Source of the DNA: an uncultured Bdellovibrionales bacterium
GTDB lineage: Bacteria; Bdellovibrionota; Bdellovibrionia; Bdellovibrionales; Bdellovibrionaceae
Direction of reading: 5' to 3'
DNA length: 47,906 nt
Assembly: GCA_964236345.1 (NCBI GenBank)
Contig: CAXSEH010000001.1
Coordinates: 1 to 47,906 of the forward strand
The translations under genes were made by a program, and so were the position numbers. The first letter of the stretch is position 1. Each line of letters opens with the position of its first letter. The notes beneath the pieces are model-generated. The model was not told the origin of the DNA. It saw nothing but the letters and a program-made list of their open reading frames with translations, and did not search any database. Positions 46,748-47,906 of the stretch are shown here, one piece after another.

Positions 46748-47014
46748 ATGAAGAAAAAAGCGAAAAAAGATTCTGCGCCTAAAAAGGCCCCGGGCTCGAA
46801 AACGGCCAGCGACCCCGCACATATGCCCGGTCATCGAAAAATGAATATAAAGGAAAAATTTGAGACACCAACCGGCTCAAAGAATCAGGCCCAGAATGCT
46901 TCTGCATTAAATAACATGTCCCGGGCGGATCGAGTTAAAAGAACTTCCTCGACGAATCGTCGCATCATTACCGGTGCGGCGGTTGGCAAAACGGGACAAG
47001 TCGTGATTAAGTGA
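46748..47014 (+). CDS. Small basic hypothetical protein
   Basis: Strong RBS AAGGAGG; 88 aa, Lys/Arg-rich. Confidence 0.65.
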   Translation: MKKKAKKDSAPKKAPGSKTASDPAHMPGHRKMNIKEKFETPTGSKNQAQNASALNNMSRADRVKRTSSTNRRIITGAAVGKTGQVVIK

Positions 47015-47039
47015 GCCAAAGTTAATAAGTTAAACGTAC

Positions 47040-47069
47040 ATGGCGGTGATTTCACCGCCATTTTTTTTT
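47040..47069 (+). terminator. Rho-independent terminator
   Basis: ATGGCGGTGA-tt-TCACCGCCAT followed by a T-run. Confidence 0.8.
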
Positions 47070-47079
47070 AGGAGTAACG

Positions 47080-47490
47080 ATGATTCCGTATATGAAAACA
47101 TTTACGTGTGCCGGGATAACATTTTTTGTTTTGGACTATTTGTGGCTTAATCATATTGCTAAAAAATTGTACGTAAACAATATGCACGAAGTTGCCACGA
47201 TCCAGAATGAGGATTTTCAGATTACGCTTTGGGCCGGCATTATTGTTTATATATTTTTAGCGCTCGGAATAGTGCACTTCGTTCTTCCGCTTTTTAAACC
47301 AAACGATTCAATATTTAATGTTTTTCTGATGGGAGCATTTTTAGGCTTTGTAATTTACGGGGTCTATGACTTTACGAATCTAGCAACATTAAAAAGTTGG
47401 CCCTTGTTGTTAGCGGTGATTGACGTGGGCTGGGGGTCTTTGGCGACAGGACTCGTCGCCTTGGCTAGTTACAAGGTACAGAATTTATAG
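47080..47490 (+). CDS. DUF2177-family membrane protein
   Basis: LDYLWL, YGVYDFTNLATLKSW, DVGWG motifs. Confidence 0.85.
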   Translation: MIPYMKTFTCAGITFFVLDYLWLNHIAKKLYVNNMHEVATIQNEDFQITLWAGIIVYIFLALGIVHFVLPLFKPNDSIFNVFLMGAFLGFVIYGVYDFTNLATLKSWPLLLAVIDVGWGSLATGLVALASYKVQNL

Positions 47491-47593
47491 TCGAGGTCGA
47501 CTGCGAGTGATTCAAGGTTGCCGCATCGGCATCAGCTTGAAATGCGCCAATGAAAGCGATGGCAATGAGGGCACGAATAAATGTGTTGTTCAT
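47465..47593 (-). other. 42-codon ORF consisting mostly of a signal peptide (probable gene remnant)
   Basis: RBS GAAGGA; MNNTFIRALIAIAFIGAFQADADA|ATLNHSQSTSTINSVPCN*; overlaps the DUF2177 3' end. Confidence 0.4.
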
Positions 47594-47605
47594 AAAGAAT
47601 CCTTC

Positions 47606-47812
47606 CTACAGAACCTTAAGTCGGTTGTTAAGATTGGCAGATTCAACCGCCGAAAATAAATTTTGAATATTTACCTTCCACACTTCTTCGGTATGGGCAA
47701 ATTTGATTTGATCAATGATTTCATTAATGAATAAAAGCGATTGGTCTTCACCAATCGCTTTTGTTTCAGCTTTCTCGAGTTTATTTTTTTGGTTAACAAT
47801 AAGCTCTAGCAT
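47606..47812 (-). CDS. Small hypothetical protein
   Basis: RBS GAGGA; 68 aa. Confidence 0.5.
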   Translation of the reverse strand: MLELIVNQKNKLEKAETKAIGEDQSLLFINEIIDQIKFAHTEEVWKVNIQNLFSAVESANLNNRLKVL

Positions 47813-47826
47813 GCTGTCCTCTTAAT

Positions 47827-47906
47827 TTAAATGACTGGCCCTGATCGGCGACCTGAAACCAAAGAAAAGATGAAGCTGATAACCGCAAGAACTAGAAATA
47901 CTCCTA
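47827..47906 (-). CDS. DUF1328 (YtjA-like) small membrane protein, 3' part only
   Basis: Translation ...GVFLVLAVISFIFSLVSGRRSGPVI* resembles the DUF1328 C-terminus; the BON/EEP context fits. Confidence 0.6.
   Translation of the reverse strand, partial: GVFLVLAVISFIFSLVSGRRSGPVI

Noticed and set aside
1-47906. CRISPR array, tRNA/rRNA, transposase, integrase, prophage or defence genes
   Set aside because: No regularly spaced repeats, cloverleaf patterns or diagnostic protein motifs were seen.

Overview
Chromosomal segment (roughly 43% GC by eye) of a Bdellovibrionota-type predatory bacterium; the lineage is inferred from gene content and FliA/sigma54 promoter usage. It runs: dnaJ (partial), a type IV pilin locus (intact pilA, an accessory gene, and a second pilin with a frameshifted leader), clpS-clpA-lytic transglycosylase, S8 protease, lnt-mutS2, several lipoproteins and hypotheticals, a matrixin protease, an NAD-IDH-family dehydrogenase, a LysR-centred accessory block, hslO, histidine phosphatase-FAH-putA-hemerythrin, rhomboid/RDD, a stand-alone Fis-type HTH gene, two secreted alpha/beta hydrolases, a MarR-TolC-MacA-MacB-MFS efflux cluster, and a stress cluster (EEP, BON, DUF2177, DUF1328). 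No rRNA, tRNA, CRISPR array, transposase or integrase was seen. Best leads: (1) a candidate ~150-nt sigma54-driven three-hairpin sRNA with a G-free C-rich linker at ~20025-20176; (2) a possibly silent second pilin; (3) a recurring GTYTCA-N3-TGARAC-like operator found near a sigma54 promoter and the Fis-like gene; (4) FliA promoters, some apparently leaderless; (5) a 63-nt in-frame insertion in macB.
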